This document shows positions 9,626-19,850 of a stretch of DNA of 64,000 nt, in pieces (the stretch's first letter is position 1; each line of letters opens with the position of its first letter). The notes beneath the pieces are model-generated. The model saw only the letters and a list, made by a program, of their open reading frames with translations, did not search any database and was not told the origin of the DNA. The stretch comes from Vicinamibacteria bacterium (GTDB lineage Bacteria > Acidobacteriota > Vicinamibacteria > Marinacidobacterales > Marinacidobacteraceae), in NCBI GenBank assembly GCA_963668695.2, contig CAXXLQ010000004.1:1632001-1696000 (forward strand). Reading direction: 5' to 3'. A program made the translations under genes and the position numbers.

Positions 9626-12463
9626 TCAGAACCGCAGCCTCACCCCCACCCGCGCCACCCGCGGGGGAAGAATCCCGACCACCGCGCCGAAGGAATCGTC
9701 GCGGGATCCCTCGCCCACCACGTTGTTCAGGTTCAGCGCGTTGAACACATCGAGATACGTCGAGAACTCGGCCGCTCCCGGCAGGTCCAGGCGGTGGTCC
9801 AGGCGGAGATCCAGCAGCGGCACTGCCGGCGACCGGGCGGTACCTGGGGGTTCGACGATGACCTCGGTGCTGCCCTGGGGAAGCGGTTCTCCCTCCAGCG
9901 TTTCGGTGAAGATCACCGACCGGTAGTTGGGCCAGCCCGAGTGCGCCCGGAAGGAACCCGCTACCGCGAAGCCCCAGGGAAGTCGGTAGCTGCCGGATAT
10001 CCGGGCGATGAAAGGGCGATCCCAAAAGGTGCGGCCTTCGTGCAGGTCGCCGTGGTTGGGGTTGTTGAGGAGCGAACCGGGGAATCCGGTGCCCTCGTCG
10101 ATCTGGTCGCCGGGCCCCGGCAGCCAGCCGATCGAGCGGCTTACGGTGACGGAGGCGAGAAGTTGCCAACCCGCAGCGTAGCGCTTCCGGGCCTCCAGGA
10201 TGAGCCCCCGATAGCTGGACCCGATGCCCGGGTTGTACAACCGGAAGCGGCTCTGCCCGAGGGTGGCGGGATCCTGGAGCCAGAGGTTGATCGGGACGTC
10301 ATCGCCGCTACCCCGGACGAAATCGCGGCCCGGATCGAGGTGGGGAATCGGATGCCAGGCGCTCTCCGGGACGCCGATGTCGGTGTCTTCGATGAGGTCG
10401 CGCTCACGGCGCAGGATGCCGGTGAGGCCAAGGGTGATCTCGTAGGGAATCTCGCGATGGATCCCCAGGGTCAGTTCGTCGGTGACGGGTTGTCGGAGGT
10501 CGGGATCGACTTCGTTCCGCACGGGGATGAAGACGCTGAGGGGTCGGGTGAAGTCCACCTCGCCTTCGTCCACCAGGGCATTGAAGTTCCGGTCGTTGAA
10601 GCGGAATTTCGCGGACGCCCGAGCGTTGGGGTTTCCGTACGCAGGAACGCTCAGACCCAGTTGGTGAAGGTAACGCCCGGCGCTCAGCCGGATCTGAGTG
10701 CGGCCGTCGTCGGTGAGCTGGTAGTTGACGCCGAAGCGCGGAGCTACCCCCACCCATGAGACGAGGGACGATTCGCCGGTCGTCTGCCGGGGGATCCCGA
10801 AGTTTCGGAAGGCCTCGCTCCACGGTCCCGGTTCGTTCTCCTGGTCCGGGTATCCGGCCCCCCACCAGTCGGCGCGCAGTCCGAACTCCAGGACCATTCG
10901 TCCGCGGACGAGGCTGTCCTGGGCGAAGAGTCCGACGTTCCGGGTGAAGTTCCGGACGGCCACCGGATCGCTGTAGAGCGTGACCTCGATGGGCCGCACG
11001 CGGTCGTGGATATAGACGATCCCGCCGTGCAGGTCATGGGTGGTGCGTCCCGGGTTCACGGTGGTCTCGAAGCCCACCTTGAACTCGTTGGTGCCGCCGA
11101 AGAGGCCGTCCCGGAAGAGGGTGGCGGTAGCGCTCCCCTGCCACCGGTCGCGTTCGTAGATGGTGTTGGTGCCCGAACCTCCGTACCAGATGCCGGTGTT
11201 CAACTCCCAGCGTGAGACTTCGGGTTCCCGGTCGGGCTGCTGTCCGTACGGGAAGTAGAGATCCAGGCGGCTGGCGCGGGCCTCCACGAGCAGCGATTCG
11301 CCGAATACGCCGGACCAGGAGATCTGTCCCAGTGCGGTGACCGAGTCCTGGTGGAATGTTGTTTGCGGTCGGGGACGGAAAAGACTCGCCCCCCGGTAGG
11401 GCCGGTACTTTCCGTTTCGGTAGAAGAAAACCCCGATCTCGTGTCCCTCGGCCACCCGCACGCTGCCCCTGGCCAGCAGGTTGTCGAGTTCCGTGAGGTC
11501 CACACCAGGTTCCCCATCCTCGAAGAAGAACCCCGGGAGGAAGGGTTCCACCCGGAACCGGGAATAGTTGAAGTAGAACCAGGCGCGGTCACGCCGCAGG
11601 GGACCGCCGAGTTCCGCGCTCCCGTCGAAGAGCGCCTTGAGGCGGTTGGCCTGTCCGACCCCCCGGGCGCGGAGCGCGTCGTCGAGGTTCTGCGCCTGGA
11701 AGCGTTCGTGCTCATAGAAGAAGCTGCCGCTACCGGCGAACCGGTTGGTGCCTCTCCGGGTGACGATGTTCAAGAACACGCCCGGGGTCTGGATTTCGGC
11801 GCGGTGCCCCGCCGTCGAAACCTCTACTTCTTCGAAGCTGTCGAAGGAGTAGTAGGCGATGCTCGCTCCCATCGCCGCGGGGTCTGTCACGTTGACGCCG
11901 TTCAGGTAGTACTGGTTCTGCGTCCATGCCGAGCCCGCCGCCGAAAAGAGGGACTGCTGGCCGCTCTCGGCTCCCCCCACGTTGATCTTGGACATCATGA
12001 TGCCCGGGGTCTGTTCCAGAACGCTCCAGATGTCTCTGGTGTTGGGCAGATCCTCGAGCACTGGCCGGTCGACCGTTTCCCGGACTCCGCTGCCGCGACG
12101 GTCGAGGGGCCGCCGGGAGACCGCCGCGACGCGCTCGGTGATGCCGGCGAGCCCCAGTTGGAGTCGGACCTCGATGATGGAACCGGCGTCCACCACCACT
12201 TCGGCGGGTGGCGAGTCCTCGAATCCGGGGTGCCTCGCCGTGATGCTCCAGGCGCCGGGTTGGAGGCCGGCGAAGCCGAACCGCCCCGATGGCCCCGCGG
12301 CCTGTTCGCGCCGTATCCCACGTCCGACGAGTACCAGCGATACCCGGGCGCCGGGCAGGACACCTCCGGTAGCGTCGAGCACGACGCCGTCCACTCCGCC
12401 GGTCGGTTGCGCGACACCGGGCGCGGGAAAGGCCACGAGCAACGCGCTGAGGGCAGCCGCCAA
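9626..12463 (-). CDS. TonB-dependent receptor with carboxypeptidase-regulatory-like N-terminal domain (Oar-like)
   Basis: GVVLDATGGVLPGARV N-domain, plug (NQYYLNGVNVTD, NIVTRRGTN), C-terminal ...RVGVRLRF. Start uncertain (TTG 12463); the longer ORF runs through tRNAs. Confidence 0.85.
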   Translation of the reverse strand: MAAALSALLVAFPAPGVAQPTGGVDGVVLDATGGVLPGARVSLVLVGRGIRREQAAGPSGRFGFAGLQPGAWSITARHPGFEDSPPAEVVVDAGSIIEVRLQLGLAGITERVAAVSRRPLDRRGSGVRETVDRPVLEDLPNTRDIWSVLEQTPGIMMSKINVGGAESGQQSLFSAAGSAWTQNQYYLNGVNVTDPAAMGASIAYYSFDSFEEVEVSTAGHRAEIQTPGVFLNIVTRRGTNRFAGSGSFFYEHERFQAQNLDDALRARGVGQANRLKALFDGSAELGGPLRRDRAWFYFNYSRFRVEPFLPGFFFEDGEPGVDLTELDNLLARGSVRVAEGHEIGVFFYRNGKYRPYRGASLFRPRPQTTFHQDSVTALGQISWSGVFGESLLVEARASRLDLYFPYGQQPDREPEVSRWELNTGIWYGGSGTNTIYERDRWQGSATATLFRDGLFGGTNEFKVGFETTVNPGRTTHDLHGGIVYIHDRVRPIEVTLYSDPVAVRNFTRNVGLFAQDSLVRGRMVLEFGLRADWWGAGYPDQENEPGPWSEAFRNFGIPRQTTGESSLVSWVGVAPRFGVNYQLTDDGRTQIRLSAGRYLHQLGLSVPAYGNPNARASAKFRFNDRNFNALVDEGEVDFTRPLSVFIPVRNEVDPDLRQPVTDELTLGIHREIPYEITLGLTGILRRERDLIEDTDIGVPESAWHPIPHLDPGRDFVRGSGDDVPINLWLQDPATLGQSRFRLYNPGIGSSYRGLILEARKRYAAGWQLLASVTVSRSIGWLPGPGDQIDEGTGFPGSLLNNPNHGDLHEGRTFWDRPFIARISGSYRLPWGFAVAGSFRAHSGWPNYRSVIFTETLEGEPLPQGSTEVIVEPPGTARSPAVPLLDLRLDHRLDLPGAAEFSTYLDVFNALNLNNVVGEGSRDDSFGAVVGILPPRVARVGVRLRF

Positions 12464-12490
12464 AAAATGGATGCGCCAGGCCGGCGGCGC

Positions 12491-12579
12491 GGCGGAGAGA
12501 GAGGGATTCGAACCCTCGGCGCGGTATCCCGCGCAACTGCTTAGCAGGCAGCCCTGTTCAGCCACTCCAGCACCTCTCC
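12491..12579 (-). tRNA. tRNA-Ser(GCT)
   Basis: GGAGAGGTG start, anticodon arm GCTGC-CT-GCT-AA-GCAGT, long variable arm, GGTTCGAATCC T-loop. Confidence 0.93.
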
Positions 12580-12701
12580 AGCGCCCTCCCAAGGCGAAGG
12601 TTTCACCGCCGGGACAGGGATGGTACACCGGAGCTGTGGCGCGCGCGCCACAGCGGCGTACGGCCCCGAATCCTGCTATCCTCATGCATTCCCGCGACCA
12701 C

Positions 12702-12775
12702 TGGGAAGTCGTCCAATGGCAGGACACACGGCTCTGGACCGTGGAATCGGGGTTCGAGTCCCTGCTTCCCAGCCA
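12702..12775 (+). tRNA. tRNA-Gln(CTG)
   Basis: TGGGAAG acceptor stem, anticodon arm CACGG-CT-CTG-GA-CCGTG, GGTTCGAGTCC, encoded CCA. Confidence 0.93.
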
Positions 12776-12843
12776 GCCGGGTGTGGGCGGACGGGGCGCT
12801 GGCTCGAAGGGGGCCTCAAGCCCACAGGCGAAGGAGATCTCCC

Positions 12844-13770
12844 ATGAGAAACAACACCACTCGCAAGGCCGGACTCGTTGCGCTCGGCCTGCTGTTCGTC
12901 GCGCAAACGGCAATGGCTCAGATGGGTACCGGTCGTGTCTCCGGGACCGTGAAGGATCAGGACGAAAACCCGATCGAGGGAGCCACCGTCACTGCGAATG
13001 CCGGCGATTCGGCGCGGCTCCTCGAAGCCACCACGGATGCGCGCGGCCGCTGGGCAATCCTCGGTTTCCGGTCCCGGGCCTACGATTTCTCGGTCCAGGC
13101 GCCGGGGTTCATGCCCTACAACTATCAGGTGCCGATGAAGCAGGCGGGCAAGAACCCCGACATGGACCTCGTCCTCGAGCGAGCCCAGATGGGCCGGTCA
13201 GCGGGAACGGGTGGGGGCCTTATTGCGGAGGCTCAGGAACTCCACCAAGCCGGGCGGTACGACGAAGCGCTCGCGATGTACGACGAGGTGCTCAGCGCCG
13301 ATCCGACGGTGTACCAGATCAACCTGAACCGGGCCGCAGTGCTCCGCGAGCTGGACCGTCCAGACGAAGCCAGGGCGGCATACCAGGCCGTGTTGGAACA
13401 GGATGCCCAGAACGCGGCGGCGCTCGTGTCGCTAGGCGAAATGGAGATGGCCGATGACGACATGAATGGGGCGCTCGAGTACTGGGAAGCCGCCGTGGAC
13501 TCCACCGCGGATGAGGTCATCCCTTACAACGTGGCGCAGATCTCCTTCCAGAACGGTGAGACGGACAAGGCGATCGAGTACTACATGATCGCCGCCGACC
13601 GCCGGGCGGACTGGGCGGAGCCGTTTGTCCAGATGGGCATCGTCTATCTGAACAAGGGTGATTTCCCCGCGGCCTCCGAACAGTTCGAGATGGCGATCGA
13701 GGTAGAGCCGGACAGCGCCGCTGCCGCGCAGGCGCAGGCGATGCTGGACGCCCTGCCGAAACCGGAGTAA
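12844..13770 (+). CDS. Secreted carboxypeptidase-regulatory-like domain + TPR protein
   Basis: RBS AAGGAG, signal peptide (AMA-Q), [19 protein letters not shown] helices. Confidence 0.85.
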   Translation: MRNNTTRKAGLVALGLLFVAQTAMAQMGTGRVSGTVKDQDENPIEGATVTANAGDSARLLEATTDARGRWAILGFRSRAYDFSVQAPGFMPYNYQVPMKQAGKNPDMDLVLERAQMGRSAGTGGGLIAEAQELHQAGRYDEALAMYDEVLSADPTVYQINLNRAAVLRELDRPDEARAAYQAVLEQDAQNAAALVSLGEMEMADDDMNGALEYWEAAVDSTADEVIPYNVAQISFQNGETDKAIEYYMIAADRRADWAEPFVQMGIVYLNKGDFPAASEQFEMAIEVEPDSAAAAQAQAMLDALPKPE

Positions 13771-13817
13771 CAGCGCGCCCCAAGCGGGGCGTGGTCCGGC
13801 GGCACGATCCCGTCCAC

Positions 13818-13902
13818 GGAGGGATGGCCGAGCGGCTTAAGGCGGTGGTCTTGAAAACCACTGACCCGAAAGGGTCCGGGGGTTCGAATCCCTCTCCCTC
13901 CG
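13818..13902 (+). tRNA. tRNA-Ser(TGA)
   Basis: GGAGGGATGGCCGAGCGG start, anticodon arm GTGGT-CT-TGA-AA-ACCAC, long variable arm, GGTTCGAATCC. Confidence 0.93.
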
Positions 13903-14009
13903 CTCGGTCGAGGGGTCCGCTGACGGGGCCTCCAACCGGCACTACGTCGCACCGTGGGTTTCATTTGTGGCATGAGGCCCCGTTAGCGGACCCCCCGGCG
14001 CTTCGCGCC

Positions 14010-14420
14010 GGAATCGCAAATCCCTCCGGGATTTGCGATTCGAGCTGTCTTTTTGTGAAAGGGGGGGTGCCCCCCTTTCACACTTTCCCCCCGGTCAGGC
14101 GGGCAGCGAACGGAGTTCGCTGCCATCTGTTTCTTCGCGTTTGGCAGTACGCGTGTGATGACGCAAAGGCAAGGGAACGCCGACCTCCTGGTCGGCACAG
14201 CCCGCCGAAGGCGGGCGGGAGCGCGTACGGCTGATCAGGCAGATGGCGCGTAGACGGGGAAGAACGCGTAGTGCCGATCGGGAAAAAGCGCGGGGACGGC
14301 TTGGAACGCCGACCTCCGGGCAGTTCTCCCGGTGGGGCCCGGCATCGCGCGGGAGCGCGAAACCAGCGCGGATTACGCGGCGCTCTACCGACGTGAGCGT
14401 CGCACCCTCTCACAATCCCG
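14010..14420 (+). repeat. Hairpin-rich dispersed repeat family C
   Basis: Shares TTTTGTGAAAGGGGGG...CCCCTTTCACACTTTCCCCC, GCAGCGAAC..GTTCGCTGC, GGGAACGCCGACCTCC and CGCGCGGGAGCGCGAAACC with 36940-37430 and 23318-23460 (reverse). Confidence 0.75.
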
Positions 14421-14462
14421 AATAGTGCGACCGCTCACCGCCTTCAACAGAGGATCTACGCC

Positions 14463-15110
14463 GTGCTGTGGTTGTGCTGGGCGCACGCCTCCGTTGAGCA
14501 GAACGTGGCCGGGGAAGGAATCGAGGGCGCGCTGCCGGCCATGCCGGCCGTCAAGGCGCACTTCCGGGCGCTGCCGTACCAGGAAGTAGCGGCGGCGCTT
14601 GAAACCGTGGATGGGTCGAAGGCGAGCAAAGCGGCCAAGCTTTGCCTCCGGTTCCTGATCCTGACGGCGGCGCGATCCGGCGAGGCGCGGGAATGGCGTA
14701 TCCCCGGCGAGCGCATGAAGGGAGGTGCGGGTCATCGCGTCCCGCTGAGCGATGCGGCGCTGGTCGTTCTTGAGCGGGCGCGGGCACTGGACGACGGGAG
14801 CGGACTGATCTTCCCGTCGCCGCTGAGGCCGGGCCGGCCCCTCTCCCCGATGACCCTGACGAAGATCCTCCGGGACCGGGGACTCGCCGAGTGGGCAACG
14901 GTTCACGGCTTCCGGAGCGCGTTTCGGGACTGGTGCGCCGAAACTGGGAAGCCGCGGGAGGTTGCGGAGGCCGCGTTGGCTCACACCGTGGCCGGGATTG
15001 AGGGGGCCTACTTCCGGAGTGACCTATTCGCCCGCCGGCGCGCGCTCATGGACCAGTGGGCCGCGTTCCTCGCGGGAACCGATGCGAACGTGGTAAGGCT
15101 GTATGGATAG
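14463..15110 (+). pseudogene. P4-type tyrosine integrase, C-terminal fragment
   Basis: LILTAARSGE, HGFRSAFRDW, EAALAH, AYFRSDLFARRRALMDQW. No N-terminal domains and an apparent internal deletion after RSGEAR. Confidence 0.8.
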
Positions 15111-16045
15111 TCAACGCGAGGCCGCATGGAAAGCGGCGATCGCTACATCCGTTCGGGGCGAACATGTGTCTTCGGAGGAACACAAAGCCCTGCACGCGGG
15201 CGCTGCGGCCGTCAGTGCTGCGGACCATCGGCCGGGAGCTGATTCGCCGGGGCGAGTGCCTGTTCGTGATCGAGGTTGCAGACAACGGGCTCCGGCTACT
15301 CCCGGCCGGGACGTGGAACGTGACGGGCTCGGCTGCGTCCTGGCGCTACCAGGTGTCCCTTGCCGGGCCATCGACCACGGCCACGCGCGAGCTGGCGGCG
15401 AGTTCCATTCTCCACTTCCGGTACGCGGTGGATCCGGCGCGGCCGTGGCACGGGCTAGGTCCGATTCAGTTCGCCAGCATCGCCGGCCGGCTGAACGCGG
15501 AGACGGACAACACGCTCGCAAGCGAGTCGGGCGGGCCGATGGCGAACCTGCTACCGATCCCGGTGGACGGGCAGGATCCGACCGTTACAGCACTCCGGGA
15601 GGACATCGCGAAGGCGAAGGGGAAGGCGCTCACGGTGGAGAGCACTACGGGCGATTGGAACGACCCGAAGGGCGGGCGGAGTGCGGTCCGCTTCGACTGG
15701 CGGGCGGAACGTCTCGGCGCGGCTCCCCCGGCTGCGCTGGTAGAGCTGGCGCGCAATGCGGAGCGGAGCGTCCTGGCGACGTGCGGCGTCCCGGTAGAGC
15801 TGGCGGAGGCTGGCGACGGGACGGGCCAGCGCGAGGCGTGGCGGCGGTTCCTGTTCGGCTCCGTGGCTCCCCTGGCGAAGATCGTCACCGAGGAGCTGGC
15901 GGCGAAACTTTCTCCCGAAATCGGGATGGACTTCGAGGAGCTGCGGGCCTCCGACCTGGCGGGCCGGGCGCGGGCCTACAAGCAGCTCACGGAGGCGGGG
16001 ATGGACGCGGGCGCTGCGGCGCGGATCGCGGGCTTCGAGTCCTGA
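15056..16045 (+). CDS. Phage portal-like protein (possibly 5' truncated)
   Basis: ELIRRGECLFVI...ILHFRY...PWHGLGPI resembles HK97-type portal proteins. Adjacent to the integrase. Confidence 0.55.
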   Translation: MGRVPRGNRCERGKAVWIVNARPHGKRRSLHPFGANMCLRRNTKPCTRALRPSVLRTIGRELIRRGECLFVIEVADNGLRLLPAGTWNVTGSAASWRYQVSLAGPSTTATRELAASSILHFRYAVDPARPWHGLGPIQFASIAGRLNAETDNTLASESGGPMANLLPIPVDGQDPTVTALREDIAKAKGKALTVESTTGDWNDPKGGRSAVRFDWRAERLGAAPPAALVELARNAERSVLATCGVPVELAEAGDGTGQREAWRRFLFGSVAPLAKIVTEELAAKLSPEIGMDFEELRASDLAGRARAYKQLTEAGMDAGAAARIAGFES

Positions 16046-16521
16046 GTGGGCCGGCGCGACCCGGGCGGCGCGGCTGCGGGAAGCGCGCCGCCGGGTCGGC
16101 CGACTGGTTTCGGCAGAGGTTTGGAATCGCTAGCTGAGGGGGCCGTTCCGGGATAGAGTCACCCGGCATGGAGCGCGAAAGAAAAGCACTCGTGGCGGCG
16201 GGTCCCGCAGCTGCGACGGTGCTCACCGTCCTAGGGGCGGTAGCCGAGGCCAAGCAGCTCCCCGATGATCTGGAGCGAGCGGTTCAAGTCCCATGCCAAT
16301 ACAACCTGACGGACGGCTCGCAGGAGCCGCCAGACGAGGATAGTGCGCCGCCGCGAGACCACCGGGTGAATGCTGGCCCCGCTCGCTGGTCGTTCACGAC
16401 TTCGCAGCCGTCCGTAACACTGACACCGGCTCGCGCCTAACGAGAGGCGTGGGGAAGGATGTGGGGTAACATCCGGTTTCCGATCCCGGTCAGTTCCTAA
16501 AACCAAGGAGTTAGGGGGTCC

Positions 16522-16543
16522 GTTCTACTCCCCCTCCCTCCGC
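16522..16543 (+). other. Degenerate copy of the tRNA-Ser(TGA) 3' end, candidate attR
   Basis: GTTCTACTCCCCCTCCCTCCGC vs tRNA GTTCGAATCCCTCTCCCTCCGC (19/22 identical). Confidence 0.55.
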
Positions 16544-16656
16544 GTTCCAGGGGTGGCGGTAATGTTCCTTCCTATTCGCTAGGAACCGTTGTAAAACGTT
16601 GTATGACAACGTCTTGCAGTCTTGACACGTTCCAATCCATTGCCCTGGGATGCCGT

Positions 16657-16950
16657 GAGCCTGTCAGATATTCCGTGCGTAGGACGTGCGTAAGGCGGCG
16701 CACTTTGTGATCGGGGTGATCCCTCTTGGTCGGAAGGAGATCTTGGGGATGTGGACGGCGTCGCAGTAGGGGGCGAAAGCTCTGGCTTGGGGTGATGAAC
16801 GAGTTGAAGGCGCGGGGGGTAGGGGACGTTCTGATCGTGGTCGTGGACGGGCTGAAGGGGCTTCCCGAAGCCATCACGACGGTGTTTCCCGGCTGTGTGG
16901 TGTAAAACCTGCCTCGTTTATCTCATGCGCTACTCGCTGCAGTTCGCCTC
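16657..16950 (+). pseudogene. IS256-family transposase remnant with one end
   Basis: Frameshifted WLGVMNELKARGVGDVLIVVVDGLKGLPEAITTVFP...TCLVYLMRYSLQFAS. GAGCCTGTCAGATATTCCGTG resembles an IS256 TIR. Confidence 0.75.
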
Positions 16951-17007
16951 AAGAACGGCTCAGCACGCGAAATTGCTTGAGGCCCCGAGACGGGGCCCGT
17001 GCCTTGG

Positions 17008-18390
17008 CTACCTTCTTACGAGGGCCAAGTTGTACGGATCGTTTCCTACGCCGGTCACCGTGCCCACGACGCTGCGCGATCGAAGATCGATCACATATAC
17101 GTGACCGGGCTCCTCGGAGAACGGCTCCGCCGCTGCGCCCCCGCTGATCACCGCGTAGCGGCCATCGGAAGTGACCGCCGAGCCCTTCGGGCGGGCGGGC
17201 CGTCCATCCGCCCTAGCCAGCGGAATGCGCGCGACTTCGGCGTCGGGATCGCCGGCCAGCGCCAGATCGAGGTTCACGATCGACACGTTGTCGGCACGAT
17301 AATTCGGGACGATCACCTCCCTCCCATCCGGGGTGACGGACGGTATGAACGGATGTGTCTGCTCCTGGGGATCATTTGTCCCTACCAGGACGCGCGCGAC
17401 TTCGGCGTCTCCGACGCCAGCGCTCGCCCGGTCGACATCGATAATTGAAATCACGTTACCCGTCAGGTTCTCCCGTTGACTTCTTCCGTTGGCTACGATG
17501 ATGTGGCGCCCGTCGCGGGTGGCCGTGATGCCCCAAGGGCCGACCTGCGTCGGGACCCGGCCGATCTCCGCAAGCCGATCCCCTTCGAGAGCACGGGTGA
17601 GGGAAATCACCGACACATCGTTCGTGCCGCCATTGGCGGAAAACACGTACGCGCTTCCATCGCTGGAACGACCCAGCGCCAACCCGTTCGGGTCGGGGAA
17701 ACATCCCCAGCCGGGATCCGGGGAGAGTACGGCCAGATGCCTGGGCGGCCCATAGGGGGAGACGTGGGGTACCGGGTACTCCGCGCAGGCGAACCCGGGC
17801 GAGCCGAGCGCCAACTCCACCGTACCGCGCAGACTTCCAGTCCGTCGATCAATGAACGTGATGCGATTGCCGCCGTCTTCGGTCAGATGGTTCTCGGCGT
17901 TGGCAACGATGAGTATGTCCGGCAGCAGTAGTACGCCGAGCGCCCCGAAGGCGCCGGAGTCCAAGTGCCGCCGGAGTGCGTTGGCCGTTGTGTCGTTCCC
18001 TGGATCGAGGACATCGTCCACGTCCAGGACCGCGATCTGTCCGCGGCCACCGTGTTGTCTGAACTCCGCGTTATCGATGGCGCCGTGGTGATTGACCACA
18101 TAGACAGTGCCACCATCCTCACTCACGATCAGATTGGCAGGATCACCGAGTAGCTGACCGTCCAGTCGGTCCAACGCCACTTTGGCGCGACTGACGATCG
18201 CATTCGGTGTGTTGTTGTTCGCCGGAGCGACGGCGCCATCAAGAGAAATGGCGTACAAGTACGGCAGTCGCCGCCCCGTCACGAGGATGTACGTGCTCTG
18301 ACTGACGGCTTCGTGGGTACCGCACACTGTCGCCAAGAGGACGGCAATCACGAGCGTCATACGGGGGAGCAACGATGTTGAGGCAGCCAC
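17008..18390 (-). CDS. Secreted YncE/YVTN-like beta-propeller protein
   Basis: Signal peptide. Repeated blades (NDVSVI, GPWGITATRDGR, DNVSIV, VGNDPYNLA). Confidence 0.75.
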   Translation of the reverse strand: MAASTSLLPRMTLVIAVLLATVCGTHEAVSQSTYILVTGRRLPYLYAISLDGAVAPANNNTPNAIVSRAKVALDRLDGQLLGDPANLIVSEDGGTVYVVNHHGAIDNAEFRQHGGRGQIAVLDVDDVLDPGNDTTANALRRHLDSGAFGALGVLLLPDILIVANAENHLTEDGGNRITFIDRRTGSLRGTVELALGSPGFACAEYPVPHVSPYGPPRHLAVLSPDPGWGCFPDPNGLALGRSSDGSAYVFSANGGTNDVSVISLTRALEGDRLAEIGRVPTQVGPWGITATRDGRHIIVANGRSQRENLTGNVISIIDVDRASAGVGDAEVARVLVGTNDPQEQTHPFIPSVTPDGREVIVPNYRADNVSIVNLDLALAGDPDAEVARIPLARADGRPARPKGSAVTSDGRYAVISGGAAAEPFSEEPGHVYVIDLRSRSVVGTVTGVGNDPYNLALVRR

Positions 18391-18439
18391 GCCACTAGCT
18401 CCTTATGGGGTAATGGGTATGCGGAGGTCGAATCACCGG

Positions 18440-18625
18440 CGCTTAGCGTACCCAGGCGTCGATCGAGCCGGCAAAGAGGTGAGCGGCGCGTACTGCCCAG
18501 GTTCAAGTGGTCGTCGCAACACTACTCTCGGGGCTGACGCGATGCGATGGCTGCCTCTAGGGCCACCACCGCGAGCCGCGTATCGATCGAGCGACTGATG
18601 GCCCCACCCACGATACGCCGCGACC
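18440..18625 (-). pseudogene. IS3-family integrase-core remnant interrupted by an IS30-like end
   Basis: Minus strand reads SRRIVGGAISRSIDTRLAVVALEAAIASRQP, then GTGTTGCGACGACCACTTGAACC (18500-18522), then GQY. Confidence 0.55.
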
Positions 18626-18728
18626 GGGCGTCTCACATCCCTTGGCGACGGACATGCCGAGGGGCCGCCGCTGGCCGATCAGATCAATCCGCCCGCGGGG
18701 GACAGCAGTCGGGCAATGAGAAACACGG

Positions 18729-19850
18729 TCATTCGCAGGCGTGGCCGTCCCCGTCGCCGTCCCGGGCCGTGTTCAGCGCGTACGTCTGTCGCTCCGCTTC
18801 GTCCCACGCATCCGGGTAGGTGCCACCATCGCGGTTCACGCCGCGGATCCAGCCTGCTTCGCGCATGGCGTTGCAGTTGGGAAATGTCCGGACCGGTGGA
18901 GGCTCTGTCGCTGGGGGAGGCCTTGTGAGGTCGCAGGAGATCGCCGTTGACTGGCAGCTGGCGAGGATCCGGTCGAGCGAATCGGCCTCGGCTTGATCAA
19001 TGGTCAAGCCATATCGCAGACGAACGCCCACGATGGTTTGGGCGAACCAGCACCGGTTCTGGTCCGGTAGCCATTCCGTCGCGTCACGGTCACTCTTTTG
19101 CGAGCGGTTCAGGGCAGGTGACGCCAACGTCAGATTGAGCAGGTCCCGCGCGAATCGGGTTCGGGTGTCGGCGTCGGCCGCGCACAGACCCGAATCGTGC
19201 GCCTCGGATCGCGCCACGATGTGTTCGATGTCGGTTTCCCGGATCGAGTCGAAGCTCTCGCAGGTGTACGGGCTGTAGACACCCCCCAACTCGCGCACGA
19301 TGTCGTTCTCGACGGACTGCGGGTAGCGGTAGTCGTCAGCGTCGTACCGCGAACAACGTTCCTCTGGTGCGACCGTCAGCCCTCGCCAAGTCTCTGTGGG
19401 CGCCGGAGGCGTTGGCTCGGGGGCAGGCGTCATCCCGTTCACGGGCGTGGACCACGCGCTATGGATCAAGTCTTCGCCCATCCCGCTGGAGGATCGGACG
19501 CGCAGGTAGGCGGTCGTCTCGGCAGGAATGTCCTCCCGGCGATATGAGGTCTCGTCCGCGGTTCGGCCAATCAGCTCATCGCCTTCAGTGAACGCGTCGT
19601 CCAGGCGGTACTGGACTTGGTAACCGCTCACCTCCGATAGGAGGTTCCAACTCCATTCAATGAAATCAGCGCCTGTTGCCGAGACGCGAAGTCCGGCGGG
19701 TGTCTCGGGAGGTTCCGGAGCAGGTGGCGGTGTTGGTGGAGGCGGCGTCGTCGGCGTTGGTGTCGGAGGTGGCGGAGCGGCGGGTGCACCATCGCCGCCA
19801 CAGCCAGCGAGAGCGCAAAGGCAGATCAATACGACCGCAATTCGGCTCAT
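18729..19850 (-). CDS. Lipoprotein: Pro-rich linker, FN3-like, DUF1524-type HNH nuclease, excalibur Ca-binding domain
   Basis: Lipobox LAGC, DIEHIVARSEAH, NLTLASPALNRSQKSD, C-terminal FPNC...DGDGDGHACE. Confidence 0.8.
   Translation of the reverse strand: MSRIAVVLICLCALAGCGGDGAPAAPPPPTPTPTTPPPPTPPPAPEPPETPAGLRVSATGADFIEWSWNLLSEVSGYQVQYRLDDAFTEGDELIGRTADETSYRREDIPAETTAYLRVRSSSGMGEDLIHSAWSTPVNGMTPAPEPTPPAPTETWRGLTVAPEERCSRYDADDYRYPQSVENDIVRELGGVYSPYTCESFDSIRETDIEHIVARSEAHDSGLCAADADTRTRFARDLLNLTLASPALNRSQKSDRDATEWLPDQNRCWFAQTIVGVRLRYGLTIDQAEADSLDRILASCQSTAISCDLTRPPPATEPPPVRTFPNCNAMREAGWIRGVNRDGGTYPDAWDEAERQTYALNTARDGDGDGHACE

Noticed and set aside
12464-12913. N-terminal extension of the TonB receptor ORF
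   Set aside because: It overlaps two well-formed tRNAs and the start of a divergent gene.
16168-16440. 90-aa hypothetical CDS in the tRNA island
   Set aside because: No recognisable motif, so it cannot be supported from sequence alone.
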